NCBI GenBank assembly: GCA_037441385.1
Contig: JBBISH010000006.1
Location: 45,308 to 109,307 of the forward strand
Direction: 5' to 3'
Origin: Myxococcales bacterium
GTDB lineage: Bacteria; Myxococcota_A; UBA9042
DNA length: 64,000 nucleotides
Part shown: positions 18,450 through 27,663 of the stretch, one piece after another
Numbering within the stretch: the stretch's first letter is position 1
How the letters are laid out: every line of letters starts with the position of its first letter
Program-made: the position numbers and the translations under genes
Notes under the pieces: generated by a model
The model's database searches: none
What the model was told of the DNA's origin: nothing
Seen by the model: only the letters and a program-made list of their open reading frames with translations

Positions 18450-19127
18450 CTACGGCGTCGAGTTCAGCCACTCGCTGCCGTCCGTGCTCGTCTCTTTCTT
18501 CCAGATCGGCACGCGCGCTTTCAGTTCGTCGATGACGAATTGGCAGGCATCAAAGGCCTCTTTGCGGTGGGCCGCGCCGCAGGCGATCGACACAGCTACT
18601 TCGCCGATCTGCAGCACGCCCAGCCGGTGGATCACGCGCACATCGCACAGGCCGAAGCGCTCGATCGCCTCGCCGCAGATGCGCTCCATTTCCTTTTGCG
18701 CCATCGGCTCGTAGGCCGTGTACTCCAGCTGGGTGATGGCCCTGCCCAGGTTGTGGTCGCGCACGGTGCCGACAAAGGTGGCGATGCCGCCCACGCCGGT
18801 CAGGGTCAAGGCCCGCTCGGTCGCGCCCGGCTCGATGGGCGTGGGTTGCAGGGTCGCCCGCGGGCTGCCGCCTGCGGCCGGGGGCAGCACCAAGATCTCC
18901 TCGCCGCTGTACAGCTCCTCGGCTTCGAAAAGGAATTCGTCGTCGCGGGCAAAGCGGCTGTGGCGGGCCAGGTGCTGCCACTTGCCGCCGCGTTTGGCCA
19001 GAATTTTGCGTAGTTGCGCGACAGTGGTGCCGTCTTGCCACTCCAGCTGCTCGCTGTCCGAGCCCGCCAGGTCGCGGGCGGCGGCGAAGTGCCGCAGAGT
19101 CAACGTGGTGCCATGGGCGGTGCGCAT
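18450..19127 (-). CDS. Molybdopterin synthase MoaD-MoaE fusion (MoaX-like)
   Basis: N-terminal FAAARDLAG...LPPAAGG (MoaD), then GGIATFVGTVR, LEYTAYEPMA, HRLG, HRKEAF, PIWKKE (MoaE). Confidence 0.92.
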   Translation of the reverse strand: MRTAHGTTLTLRHFAAARDLAGSDSEQLEWQDGTTVAQLRKILAKRGGKWQHLARHSRFARDDEFLFEAEELYSGEEILVLPPAAGGSPRATLQPTPIEPGATERALTLTGVGGIATFVGTVRDHNLGRAITQLEYTAYEPMAQKEMERICGEAIERFGLCDVRVIHRLGVLQIGEVAVSIACGAAHRKEAFDACQFVIDELKARVPIWKKETSTDGSEWLNSTP

Positions 19128-19160
19128 AGTGTCCCCAAATCGACAAAGAAAATCGCCAGC

Positions 19161-21545
19161 TCAGGCTGGCTTCAAAAAGCGTGCGACGATCTTCTTGATC
19201 CCGACGCCAGGAAACTGCACGGTCAGCTGGGCCTCGCCCCCGTAGCCGGCGATGTCCAGGATTTTGCCAGTGCCAAAGCGGACATGCAGGGCCTTGCCCC
19301 CGACTTGGAACCCACTCTCGCCGTCGGACCGTTGGATGGCCGGGACGTCGTCGTCGTGGTGGGCCACGGTTCGGCTCGCGAGCGGATTGCCGTTGGACCA
19401 GGCGCCTGCAGCGGGCGCGGCGCGCTGACCCAGGCCGCTTGGCGCGCCCCAAGTCGGTCGGGCTGGGGCCGCGGTGGCGCTCCGAGTCGGCTGTCCCCAC
19501 GAGCTGCCCCACGAGCTGGCGCTGCGCATGCCGTAGCCGGCGTCGTCGATCTGCACCAACTCGCGCGGGACGGCCTGCAGAAACCGGCTGGGCTCGCTGG
19601 GCATTTCCCGGCCGTCAAAGCGCCGCCGCAGCCGCGCGTGGCTCAGGTGCAGCTTCTTGCGGGCGCGCGTCATCGCCACGTAGAACAGCCGCCGCTCCTC
19701 TTCCAGGTCGCGCGGGTCGGCCTCGCGCTCGGCCGTGCCGCCCAGCACGTTGGCATGGGGCAGCAGCCCTTCTTCCAGGCCGACCACGAACGCCACATCG
19801 AATTCCAAACCCTTGGCCGAGTGCATCGTCATCAGCGACACCCGCGCCTGCGCGTCGCTCAGCTTGTCCACGTCGCTGACCAGCGCCACGGTCTCCAAGA
19901 AGCTCCGCAGCCCGGGATCTTCGGCCGAGTCGGCATGCTCGCCCATCGCCGCCAGCAATTGCTGAAGATTCTCAAGGCGATCAGCGGCATCGGGATCCTT
20001 GTCCTCTTGCAGCGCCTTCTTCAAGCCCGACGCCTCCAGGATCCGCGCCCCGGCCTGGTCGGCGCGCATCGGCTCGATCTCCTCGCGCAGGCGCCCGATC
20101 AGCTCGTGAAAAGTCTTCAGCTTTTCGCTCGCCCGGCCCGCGCCGCCCAACCGGAGCAAGTCCAACGCCGCCGCCGGCAAGCTCCGCTCGATCTGACTGG
20201 CGTGCTTTTGCACCGCCTCGATGGTCGTGTCGCCGATGCCGCGCCGCGGGCTGACCACCGCGCGCAGCCACGCCGCCGAATCGTCCTGGTTGACCAGCAA
20301 GCGGCACCACGCCAAGGCGTCTTTGACCTCGGCGCGCTCGTAGAACTTCATGCCGCCGATGAGCACGTAGGGCAGGCGGAAGCGCCGCAGCGAGTCTTCC
20401 AGCACCCGCGAGCAGGCGTTGGTGCGATAGAACACCGCGAATTCGCCAAGCGGGGTCTCGTGTTGCCGGCGCTCGATCTGCCGCGCCACCCAATCGGCCT
20501 CGTCGCGATCACTGGCAGCGACGTGCAGGGTGATGGGGTCGCCCAGGCCGCGGTCGGTCCACAGCACCTTGCCGTGGCGGGTGGTGTTGCGCGACACCAC
20601 GGCGGTCGAGGCCCGCAAGATCGTCTCGGTCGACCGGTAGTTGCGCTCGAGCTTGATCACCTCAGCGCCGTCGAACATCTTGGGGAAGCCAAGAATGTTG
20701 CCCACTTCGGCGCCGCGCCAGCTGTAGATCGACTGGTCGTCGTCGCCCACCACGCACAGGTTTCCGTGGACCGAGGTCAGGTACTTGAGCAGCTCGAACT
20801 GAGCGAAGTTGGTGTCCTGGAACTCGTCGACCAGCACATAGCGGAAGCGTTGCGCCAGGTTGTGGCAGATGTTGGGATCGCTCGCCAAGGCCTGGGTCGG
20901 CAGCATGATCAGGTCGCCAAAGTCGACGGCATTGGCCAGCCGCATCTCTTTTTCGTAGGCTTGGTAGATACTTAGGGCCTTCTTGTCAAAGGCCGACGCG
21001 GCCAGCTCCTTCAGGCGCGGGTCCTGCGGTCCCATACAGCGGTTCTTGGCGCGATCGATGTAGCTCGCGAACATCTTGGGCTTGTGGGTCGCCTCCGAGA
21101 TGCCCAGCTCCTTCATGACGCGCACGATCACCCGCTGCTGATCGTCGGTATCGTAGATGGAAAAGGTAGGTTGCAGGCCCACATAGCCCGCCAGTTGCCG
21201 CAGCAGCCGCACGCCGACCGAGTGGAACGTGCCCAGCCACAGCTGGCTTGCCGAATCGCCTACCGCGTGCGCTACCCGCTCGCGCATCTCGCCCGCGGCC
21301 TTGTTGGTAAAGGTCATCGCCAGGATTTGCCAAGGGAACACGCCCAGCTCGCTGATCAGCCAGGCGATACGGTGGGTGATGACACGGGTCTTGCCCGAAC
21401 CAGCGCCGGCCAAAACCAGCACAGGTCCTTGAGTGTGCAAAACCGCTTGCTTTTGCTCCGTATTCAGCATCGAGAGCAGGGGGTGCTCACCGCCCTCTGC
21501 CCCGCCCGCGTCGCTCCCGTACCCGTTGCCTTGTTGCGGCTCCAC
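19161..21545 (-). CDS. pcrA: ATP-dependent DNA helicase UvrD/PcrA
   Basis: LAGAGSGKT, TFTNKAA, VDEFQDTN, VGDDDQSIY, LERNYRS, MTMHSAKGLEF, EERRLFYVAMTRA, C-terminal Tudor (HVRFGTG). GTG start inferred. Confidence 0.93.
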   Translation of the reverse strand: MEPQQGNGYGSDAGGAEGGEHPLLSMLNTEQKQAVLHTQGPVLVLAGAGSGKTRVITHRIAWLISELGVFPWQILAMTFTNKAAGEMRERVAHAVGDSASQLWLGTFHSVGVRLLRQLAGYVGLQPTFSIYDTDDQQRVIVRVMKELGISEATHKPKMFASYIDRAKNRCMGPQDPRLKELAASAFDKKALSIYQAYEKEMRLANAVDFGDLIMLPTQALASDPNICHNLAQRFRYVLVDEFQDTNFAQFELLKYLTSVHGNLCVVGDDDQSIYSWRGAEVGNILGFPKMFDGAEVIKLERNYRSTETILRASTAVVSRNTTRHGKVLWTDRGLGDPITLHVAASDRDEADWVARQIERRQHETPLGEFAVFYRTNACSRVLEDSLRRFRLPYVLIGGMKFYERAEVKDALAWCRLLVNQDDSAAWLRAVVSPRRGIGDTTIEAVQKHASQIERSLPAAALDLLRLGGAGRASEKLKTFHELIGRLREEIEPMRADQAGARILEASGLKKALQEDKDPDAADRLENLQQLLAAMGEHADSAEDPGLRSFLETVALVSDVDKLSDAQARVSLMTMHSAKGLEFDVAFVVGLEEGLLPHANVLGGTAEREADPRDLEEERRLFYVAMTRARKKLHLSHARLRRRFDGREMPSEPSRFLQAVPRELVQIDDAGYGMRSASSWGSSWGQPTRSATAAPARPTWGAPSGLGQRAAPAAGAWSNGNPLASRTVAHHDDDVPAIQRSDGESGFQVGGKALHVRFGTGKILDIAGYGGEAQLTVQFPGVGIKKIVARFLKPA

Positions 21546-21676
21546 GCCTTGCCCCACCTCGGCCGCCGGCCGGTGCGGCAGTGTCGCCAAAGCGCGGCCG
21601 TCGTTCAAGCGCCATCGACGCTCATGCCGGATCCGAACCGGACCCTTGTCGACTGGGTTCTGTGAACTGGGTTCTC

Positions 21677-22705
21677 TCAGCTGGGCTCGGCCAAGAAGCC
21701 GCGCAGCTCCGAAGGCCGCACTTCGTAGCGCTCCTTGCAGTAATCGCACAGCAATTCCAACGGCTCGTTGCCTGCGGCCAAATCGTGCAGGTCGCGCTTG
21801 GGCAGGGTCGACAGCATCGACAGCATGCGGTGGCGGCTGCAGCGGCACAGAAACGCCACGGCCTCGCGGGCGCACTGGTCCCAGACAAAGCCCTTGAGCA
21901 GCGCGCTGGCCCAGCCGCGCCCATCGGGATCATCGGCCGTCATCGCCTGGTGCAGCGGCGGCAGCGGGGCCAAGTTTTCTAGGATTTTCTGGATGTCGCC
22001 GCGCGTCCCTTCGGGCATCAGCTGGACCAGGTAGCCCACGGCGTGCTGGACCGTGCCATCCTCGGCCACGGCCACGTCGGTCTGCAGCAGCGACAGGATC
22101 TGCTCGGAGTCCAGCAGATAGTTCATGAAGTAGTCGGCCACGTTGTCGCCGTCCAGGGCCGTGGTGCTGCTGTACGACCGTGCGCCGGGAGCGCCCACGC
22201 CGGCCGACCGCGACACCAGCAACGTGCCCGCGCCGATCAAGAAGCCAAAGGCTTCGTTGACCTCTTGCGGGTGCGCCACATACGCGCGCATGCCGCCTTC
22301 GCGCCAGGCGTCCACGGTCACGCGGCCCATCGGCCCCTGGTGCTCCAGGGTCACCTGTAGCTGGTCGTCGGGGTTCAGGGTCGAGCGCACCAGCAGCGTG
22401 CCCACCATCAGCTCGCCCAGGGTCTTGGTCACGTCGGCCGAGCACTCCAAACGCCGCGCGGCCTCGGCCACCGTGCGGGTCGCGCGGACCACCAGCAGGC
22501 GCAATTCGCCGTTGCGGCTCAGGCTGCGCCACAGCGTGTCCACCTCCAGCGCTGGCGCCGGGTCCATCAGCTGGGTAGGGGCGGCCAGGCGCTGGGCCTC
22601 GCGCTCGCGCTGCAGGGCCTGCCGGCGCAGCACCGCCTCGGCGGTGATAGCCACGGGCCGATCGGCAAAGGCCTGTCCTTGGTTGTCTTTGGGGGTGTTG
22701 CTCAT
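21677..22705 (-). CDS. hslO: Hsp33 redox-regulated chaperone
   Basis: YLLDSEQI, GYLVQLMP, C-terminal CRCS...CDYC zinc switch. Confidence 0.9.
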   Translation of the reverse strand: MSNTPKDNQGQAFADRPVAITAEAVLRRQALQREREAQRLAAPTQLMDPAPALEVDTLWRSLSRNGELRLLVVRATRTVAEAARRLECSADVTKTLGELMVGTLLVRSTLNPDDQLQVTLEHQGPMGRVTVDAWREGGMRAYVAHPQEVNEAFGFLIGAGTLLVSRSAGVGAPGARSYSSTTALDGDNVADYFMNYLLDSEQILSLLQTDVAVAEDGTVQHAVGYLVQLMPEGTRGDIQKILENLAPLPPLHQAMTADDPDGRGWASALLKGFVWDQCAREAVAFLCRCSRHRMLSMLSTLPKRDLHDLAAGNEPLELLCDYCKERYEVRPSELRGFLAEPS

Positions 22706-22742
22706 GACACTCGTCCTGGCCGTTCTTTTCATTGGGGCGCGG

Positions 22743-24596
22743 TCAGCCGTCGATGTCGGCCGTCACGCGCAGCACTTCGTCAAAGGTCGTCAGCCCCAGG
22801 GCCATCTTTTTCAGCGCCGCCTCGCGCAGGGTGACCATGCCCTCTTCCACGGCCTGGCGCGTAATGCGCCCCGCGTCGGCCGACTCGGCGATCAGGCGCC
22901 GCAGCTTGTCGCTCATGGGCATCACTTCGTACACACCGGTGCGGCCTTTCAAGCCCGTCTCGCGGCAAACGGCGCAGCCGTGGCCTTGCCAAACCGCAAA
23001 TTGGTCGCCGCCCAGCTCTAGCCCCAGCGCTTGCGCCTGCTCGGGCGAAAGCACTGTCTCTTGGCGGCACTGCAGGCACACGGTCCGCACCAACCGCTGC
23101 GCCACCACCCCCAACAGCGACGCCGACAGCAGGTACGGCTGCACCCCCAGGTCCACCAGGCGCGCCACCGTCGACGGCGCGTCGTTGGTGTGGACTGTGC
23201 TCAGCACCAGGTGACCGGTCATGGCGGCCTGGATGGCGTTGTGGGCGGTCTCGCTGTCGCGGATCTCGCCCACCATGATCACGTCGGGATCCTGGCGCAG
23301 CAGCGTGCGCAGCGCCCCGGCAAAGGTCAGCCCCACCTTGGGTTGCACGGCGGTCTGGTTGAAGGCCTCCAGCACCATCTCGATCGGATCCTCGATGGTG
23401 GCGATGTTCAGCTGCGGCGAGGCGATGGCCCGCAAGCACGAGTAAAGCGTGGTGGTTTTGCCGGAACCGGTCGGACCGCACACCAGCACCAGCCCGTGCG
23501 GCCGGTGGATCATCTTTTGCACGTGCTCCAGGTCGCGTGGAAACAGGCCCAGGCCGGGCAGATCCTGCAGCAGCACTTCGGGATCAAAGATGCGCAGCAC
23601 GATCTTTTCGCCAAAGGCCGTGGGCATGGTCGACGCGCGCAGCTCCACCTCGCGGTCGCCGCCCTGCGGCCGCTGATGCTGCAGCTTGACCCGGCCGTCT
23701 TGCGGGCGGCGCTTGTCGGCGATGTCCAGGCGCGCCATGGTCTTGATCCGCGAGCTGATCGCCGCGAACACCAGCTTGGGCAACTGGTGCACCGTGTGCA
23801 GCACGCCGTCGATGCGCAGCCGCACTAGGGCTTGCTCGCGCTTGGGCTCCAGGTGAATGTCCGACGCGCCCTGATCCAGGGCGTAGCGCAGCAAGAAGTC
23901 CACCGCGCGGACCACATGGCGATCGTCGCCCTCGACCTCGCGACCGGCGGCGCCCAGCTTGACTAGCTGCTCCAAATTGCCCAGGTCGGTCAGGGGTTCG
24001 CCCAGGTCCGCCGCAGCGCCGCGCAAGGTGGCGCGGAAATGGAAGGTGTCGTCGATGGCCGGCACGATCTCGCTGCGCAGGCCCAGCACCAGTTCGACCG
24101 GCTGGCCCGTGCGGGCCGCCAAGGTGTCGGCCACATCGCGGCTGAGCGGCGAGTCCACCGCCACCACCAGCTTGCCGCCTTCGATCCCCAGCGGCAGCGC
24201 GCAGTTGCGGCGAGCATAGGCGCGCGAGACGCTCGCCGTGATCAGCTTGGCGTCTAGGCGCAAGGCGTCGATGCGCTGCAGGCGCAGGCCCGCGGCCTTG
24301 GCCAGCGTCTGAGCGATCCGCAGTTCGCTGACCGGGGTGCCATCGTCGGCGCCGATCAGGCCAAAACTGGCCAGCACATCCGCGGCACTGACCGGCACGC
24401 CCTCGTCGCCCTGATCCAGCTGGCGCTGGCGATCGAGCATCCGCCGCCGCCGTTCGCCGGCCGGCAGCACCTCGACCACCTGGGCGCGCCGAAGCACGCC
24501 TTGGTTCTCCAAGACATCCAGCAGAGTAGCCAAGTCCAGGTTGCCCGGCCACGGGCTGCCCTGGCGGTCGGCGGCGCCGGGTTCAGGCAAAGGCAT
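22743..24596 (-). CDS. GspE/PilB-family secretion ATPase
   Basis: ASDIHLEP, RIDGVL, PQDGR, GPTGSGKTTTLY, TIEDPIE, LRQDPDVIMVGEIRD, TGHLVLST, tetracysteine motif. Confidence 0.93.
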   Translation of the reverse strand: MPLPEPGAADRQGSPWPGNLDLATLLDVLENQGVLRRAQVVEVLPAGERRRRMLDRQRQLDQGDEGVPVSAADVLASFGLIGADDGTPVSELRIAQTLAKAAGLRLQRIDALRLDAKLITASVSRAYARRNCALPLGIEGGKLVVAVDSPLSRDVADTLAARTGQPVELVLGLRSEIVPAIDDTFHFRATLRGAAADLGEPLTDLGNLEQLVKLGAAGREVEGDDRHVVRAVDFLLRYALDQGASDIHLEPKREQALVRLRIDGVLHTVHQLPKLVFAAISSRIKTMARLDIADKRRPQDGRVKLQHQRPQGGDREVELRASTMPTAFGEKIVLRIFDPEVLLQDLPGLGLFPRDLEHVQKMIHRPHGLVLVCGPTGSGKTTTLYSCLRAIASPQLNIATIEDPIEMVLEAFNQTAVQPKVGLTFAGALRTLLRQDPDVIMVGEIRDSETAHNAIQAAMTGHLVLSTVHTNDAPSTVARLVDLGVQPYLLSASLLGVVAQRLVRTVCLQCRQETVLSPEQAQALGLELGGDQFAVWQGHGCAVCRETGLKGRTGVYEVMPMSDKLRRLIAESADAGRITRQAVEEGMVTLREAALKKMALGLTTFDEVLRVTADIDG

Positions 24597-25398
24597 CGTC
24601 GTCTCGCTCGTCGCCACCGGGCTGCGGCGTCGAGGCAAAGTCATACAGATCGCGGTCGTACAAGAAGCGCGGCGACACGTTCTGGATGGCGTTGAGGGCG
24701 GACGGCAGCGCACCGGGGTAGCGCTTGTCCAGCTCGCGCAGCAGGTCGTTCATCTGGGCGCGCTTCAGGTCGGGCTGCTTGCTGCACAGGTTGCAGGGAA
24801 GCACGGGATACTGCTTGATCTCTGCCCACTTGATGAGCATCGCTTCGGGCACGTAGGCCAGCGGCCGAATCACCGTGTTGACCCCGTCGTCCGCGCGCAG
24901 CAGCGGCGGCATCGACTTCAACTGCCCGCAAAAGAACAGGTTCAGCAGCAGCGTCGACAGGGCGTCGTCGCGGTGGTGACCCAGGGCAATCTTGCTGCAG
25001 CCCAGCCGCTTGGCGGTGTCGTACAGGATGCCGCGCCGCAGCCGCGAGCACAGCGAGCAGGTGGTCTTGCCGGGCTCCAGCTTGTCCATCACGATGTCGT
25101 AGGTGTTGTAACGAACGACTTCGTAAGGCGAACCGGCGGCGGCCATATAGGCCTCGAGTTGGTCGGACGGAAAGCCCGGCTGCCCTTGGTCCAGGTGCAC
25201 GGCGATCAGGTCGAACTTGACGGGCGAGTGCTTCTGCGTGCGCTGCATGAAGTGCAGCAGGGCGTAGCTGTCCTTGCCGCCCGACATGCAGACCATGACG
25301 CGCTCGCCGGCCTCGATCATGCCAAAGTCTTTGATGGCCTTGACGAACAGGTGCGAGATGCGCCGCTCTAGCAGCTGCGGATCCTCGGGGATCTCCAT
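24583..25398 (-). CDS. ttcA: tRNA 2-thiocytidine(32) synthetase
   Basis: PP-loop SGGKDS, CSLCSRLRRG, GHHRDD, IRPL, PCNLC. Start at MEIPED inferred. Confidence 0.93.
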   Translation of the reverse strand: MEIPEDPQLLERRISHLFVKAIKDFGMIEAGERVMVCMSGGKDSYALLHFMQRTQKHSPVKFDLIAVHLDQGQPGFPSDQLEAYMAAAGSPYEVVRYNTYDIVMDKLEPGKTTCSLCSRLRRGILYDTAKRLGCSKIALGHHRDDALSTLLLNLFFCGQLKSMPPLLRADDGVNTVIRPLAYVPEAMLIKWAEIKQYPVLPCNLCSKQPDLKRAQMNDLLRELDKRYPGALPSALNAIQNVSPRFLYDRDLYDFASTPQPGGDERDDDAFA

Positions 25399-25766
25399 CC
25401 GCCGCGGGACCCGAATCTGCGCCGGGCCAAGCTGGTCGATGCCCAGATCCCCAGGCCCCGACTCGGCTTGCCGCAGCGAGCGCGGCAGGGCCACGGTATT
25501 GGCCGGATTAGGGGCGCGCGCCGCCGGCTCTTCGTGAACCAGGTCGGCCAGGGGCACCGCGGGCTGTGGAGTAGCGTCGGCGCGCACAGCACCGGCGTCG
25601 GCAAGAGCGGCCAAGCAAACCTCGCACGCAAATTCAGGTGGAACGGGTTCGGAGGGAACGAATTCAGACCGAACGAAGCGATCGCCAAGCGGGCAGGCCC
25701 CGCGCGCAGCTCAAAGCGTAGCACAGCCGCGCGGCCGTCGGGCCTAAATTCGCCAGCGGTCTTGGG

Positions 25767-26189
25767 CTAGCCCTCTTTCTTCTTGCCCTTCTTGTCGGGC
25801 TGCTTGTCGGCGTGGCCTTCCTCGGCGGCCGGAGCGGCTTCGGCGGCGGGCGCGTCGGCGGCCGGGGCGGCCTCAGCGGCGGGCGCCTCGGCAGCGACTG
25901 GTTCGGCAGCGACTGGTTCGGCAGCTGGAGCGGCGGCGACGGGGGCGGGCGCAGCAGCCGGCGCGGGTGTGGCGGCGGGACCGGCGCTCAGGCGCTGCAG
26001 CACCGGCGCGGGGCGCGACACCACTTTTTCGATGGCCACGGTCACCTTGGCCAGCGCCGCGGCGTCGTAGGCGTTCGACTTGGCAAGGCCGGCGTTGTCA
26101 AGCACTTCGCCGAGCATGGTCCGCGCGGTCAGGTAATCGAACCGGGCCTCGAAGGCCGCGACGAGCTGGTCGTGAGTCAGAGCTGCCAT
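25767..26189 (-). CDS. Hypothetical protein with Ala/Pro/Glu-rich tail
   Basis: GGAGG RBS; small globular N-terminus plus low-complexity tail ending KKGKKKEG. Confidence 0.65.
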   Translation of the reverse strand: MAALTHDQLVAAFEARFDYLTARTMLGEVLDNAGLAKSNAYDAAALAKVTVAIEKVVSRPAPVLQRLSAGPAATPAPAAAPAPVAAAPAAEPVAAEPVAAEAPAAEAAPAADAPAAEAAPAAEEGHADKQPDKKGKKKEG

Positions 26190-26384
26190 AGAAGCGTCCT
26201 CCGTGAATTCATCGGCCTACGTGCCGAGATCGATCGTGCGGTTCAGCCCAGACGCCCAGGTCGCCTGCGCGCCATGCGCCATTGCGTTGGGGCAAGCCGA
26301 TCCGCGCCGCAAGCCTAGCAGGGCACCCGAAAATCGCAACTGTACGCCGCCGATCCGGACTGCGCCGCGTAGCGACCGCCGACA

Positions 26385-27602
26385 CTACGCAACGATGCGC
26401 CGTTGCACATGTTCGCCGATACGCGTCACCACCTCGTAGTGGATGGTGCCCAGCCAACCGGCCACCTGCTCGGCGCTGATCTCGTCGCCCGGTTCGCCGT
26501 GGCGGCCGGCCTGGGCCCCCAGCAGCACCACTTCGTCGCCTACCGCCACGCCTGCGCAATCGGTCGCGTCCACGGTGACCATGTTCATCGCCACGCGGCC
26601 GATCACGTGGGCGCGCTGGCCGTGGATCAGCACTTGCGCCAGGTTCGACAGGCCGCGGTCGTAGCCGTCGTAATAGCCGATCGGCAACAGCGCCACCTTG
26701 GTCGGCCGCACGGTGCGGAACGTGCGACCGTAGCCGATGTATTCCCCTGCAGGCATATCGCGCAGCTGGGCGATGCGGGTCTTCCACGTGAGCGCCGGTC
26801 GCAGCTCCACGGGCTGCCTGCCCGCCAGCTGGACCGAGAGCAGGGTCTCTTTGGACGGCCACAGCCCGTAGGCCGCGATGCCAAAGCGCACCATGGCGCC
26901 GCACACTTCGGGCCACAGCATCAGCGCCGCCGAATTGCTCACGTGCGTCAGCAGTTGGTCGCCCGGCTGGCCGGCGGGCGGCAGGCCCAGGCGCTCGCGC
27001 ACCGCCGTGGCACAGGCCTCGAACCGCTGCAACTGGCTGCGGGCAAACGCATGGTTGGTCGTATCTTCCACGTCGGCGAAGTGAGTGGCCAAGCCTTCCA
27101 GCTGCAGGTGTGGGTCGGCCGCGATCCGCATGGCCATCGCGACCGCAGCATCGTGGCGCAAACCTTGGCGGTTGTTGCCGGTTTCTACCTTGACGTGCAG
27201 CCGCGCCGGTCGCCCACAGGCCCGTGCCGCCGCCGCCGCGGCCGCCACCACGTCCTCGTCGTACACCACAAAGCGGGCGTCCAGCTCCACGGCGCGCGCC
27301 GCGTGGTGGGGCGGCAAATAGCACACGGCGTAGAGGGGCGCCGTGATGCCGCTGGCACGCAAGTATTCGATTTCGCTTAGGTCGCCTACACCCAGCCAGT
27401 CGACACCGGCGGTCAACAGCGCTTGCGCCGCCGCCAGCAGCCCGTGGCCGTAGGCGTTGCCCTTGACCATGGCGCACAACAGAGGCGATCGCCCGCCCGC
27501 GCGGCTGGCGTGCTGCAAGACGTTGATGTTATGCTGGAACGCCGATTGCGAGATCTCGACCCAGGTCAAGGGATCGGACAGCGTGCGGACAGGATCGGAC
27601 AT
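26385..27602 (-). CDS. alr: Alanine racemase
   Basis: PLP lysine motif AMVKGNAYGHG, HVKVETGNNRQG, THFA, HVSNSA, GRVAMN, GTIHYE. Confidence 0.95.
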   Translation of the reverse strand: MSDPVRTLSDPLTWVEISQSAFQHNINVLQHASRAGGRSPLLCAMVKGNAYGHGLLAAAQALLTAGVDWLGVGDLSEIEYLRASGITAPLYAVCYLPPHHAARAVELDARFVVYDEDVVAAAAAAARACGRPARLHVKVETGNNRQGLRHDAAVAMAMRIAADPHLQLEGLATHFADVEDTTNHAFARSQLQRFEACATAVRERLGLPPAGQPGDQLLTHVSNSAALMLWPEVCGAMVRFGIAAYGLWPSKETLLSVQLAGRQPVELRPALTWKTRIAQLRDMPAGEYIGYGRTFRTVRPTKVALLPIGYYDGYDRGLSNLAQVLIHGQRAHVIGRVAMNMVTVDATDCAGVAVGDEVVLLGAQAGRHGEPGDEISAEQVAGWLGTIHYEVVTRIGEHVQRRIVA

Positions 27603-27663
27603 GGCAAGTACCGGCCGCCAAGCGAGCGGCGGGCGTAGGCTACACCAATTCAGCAGAGCCGGC

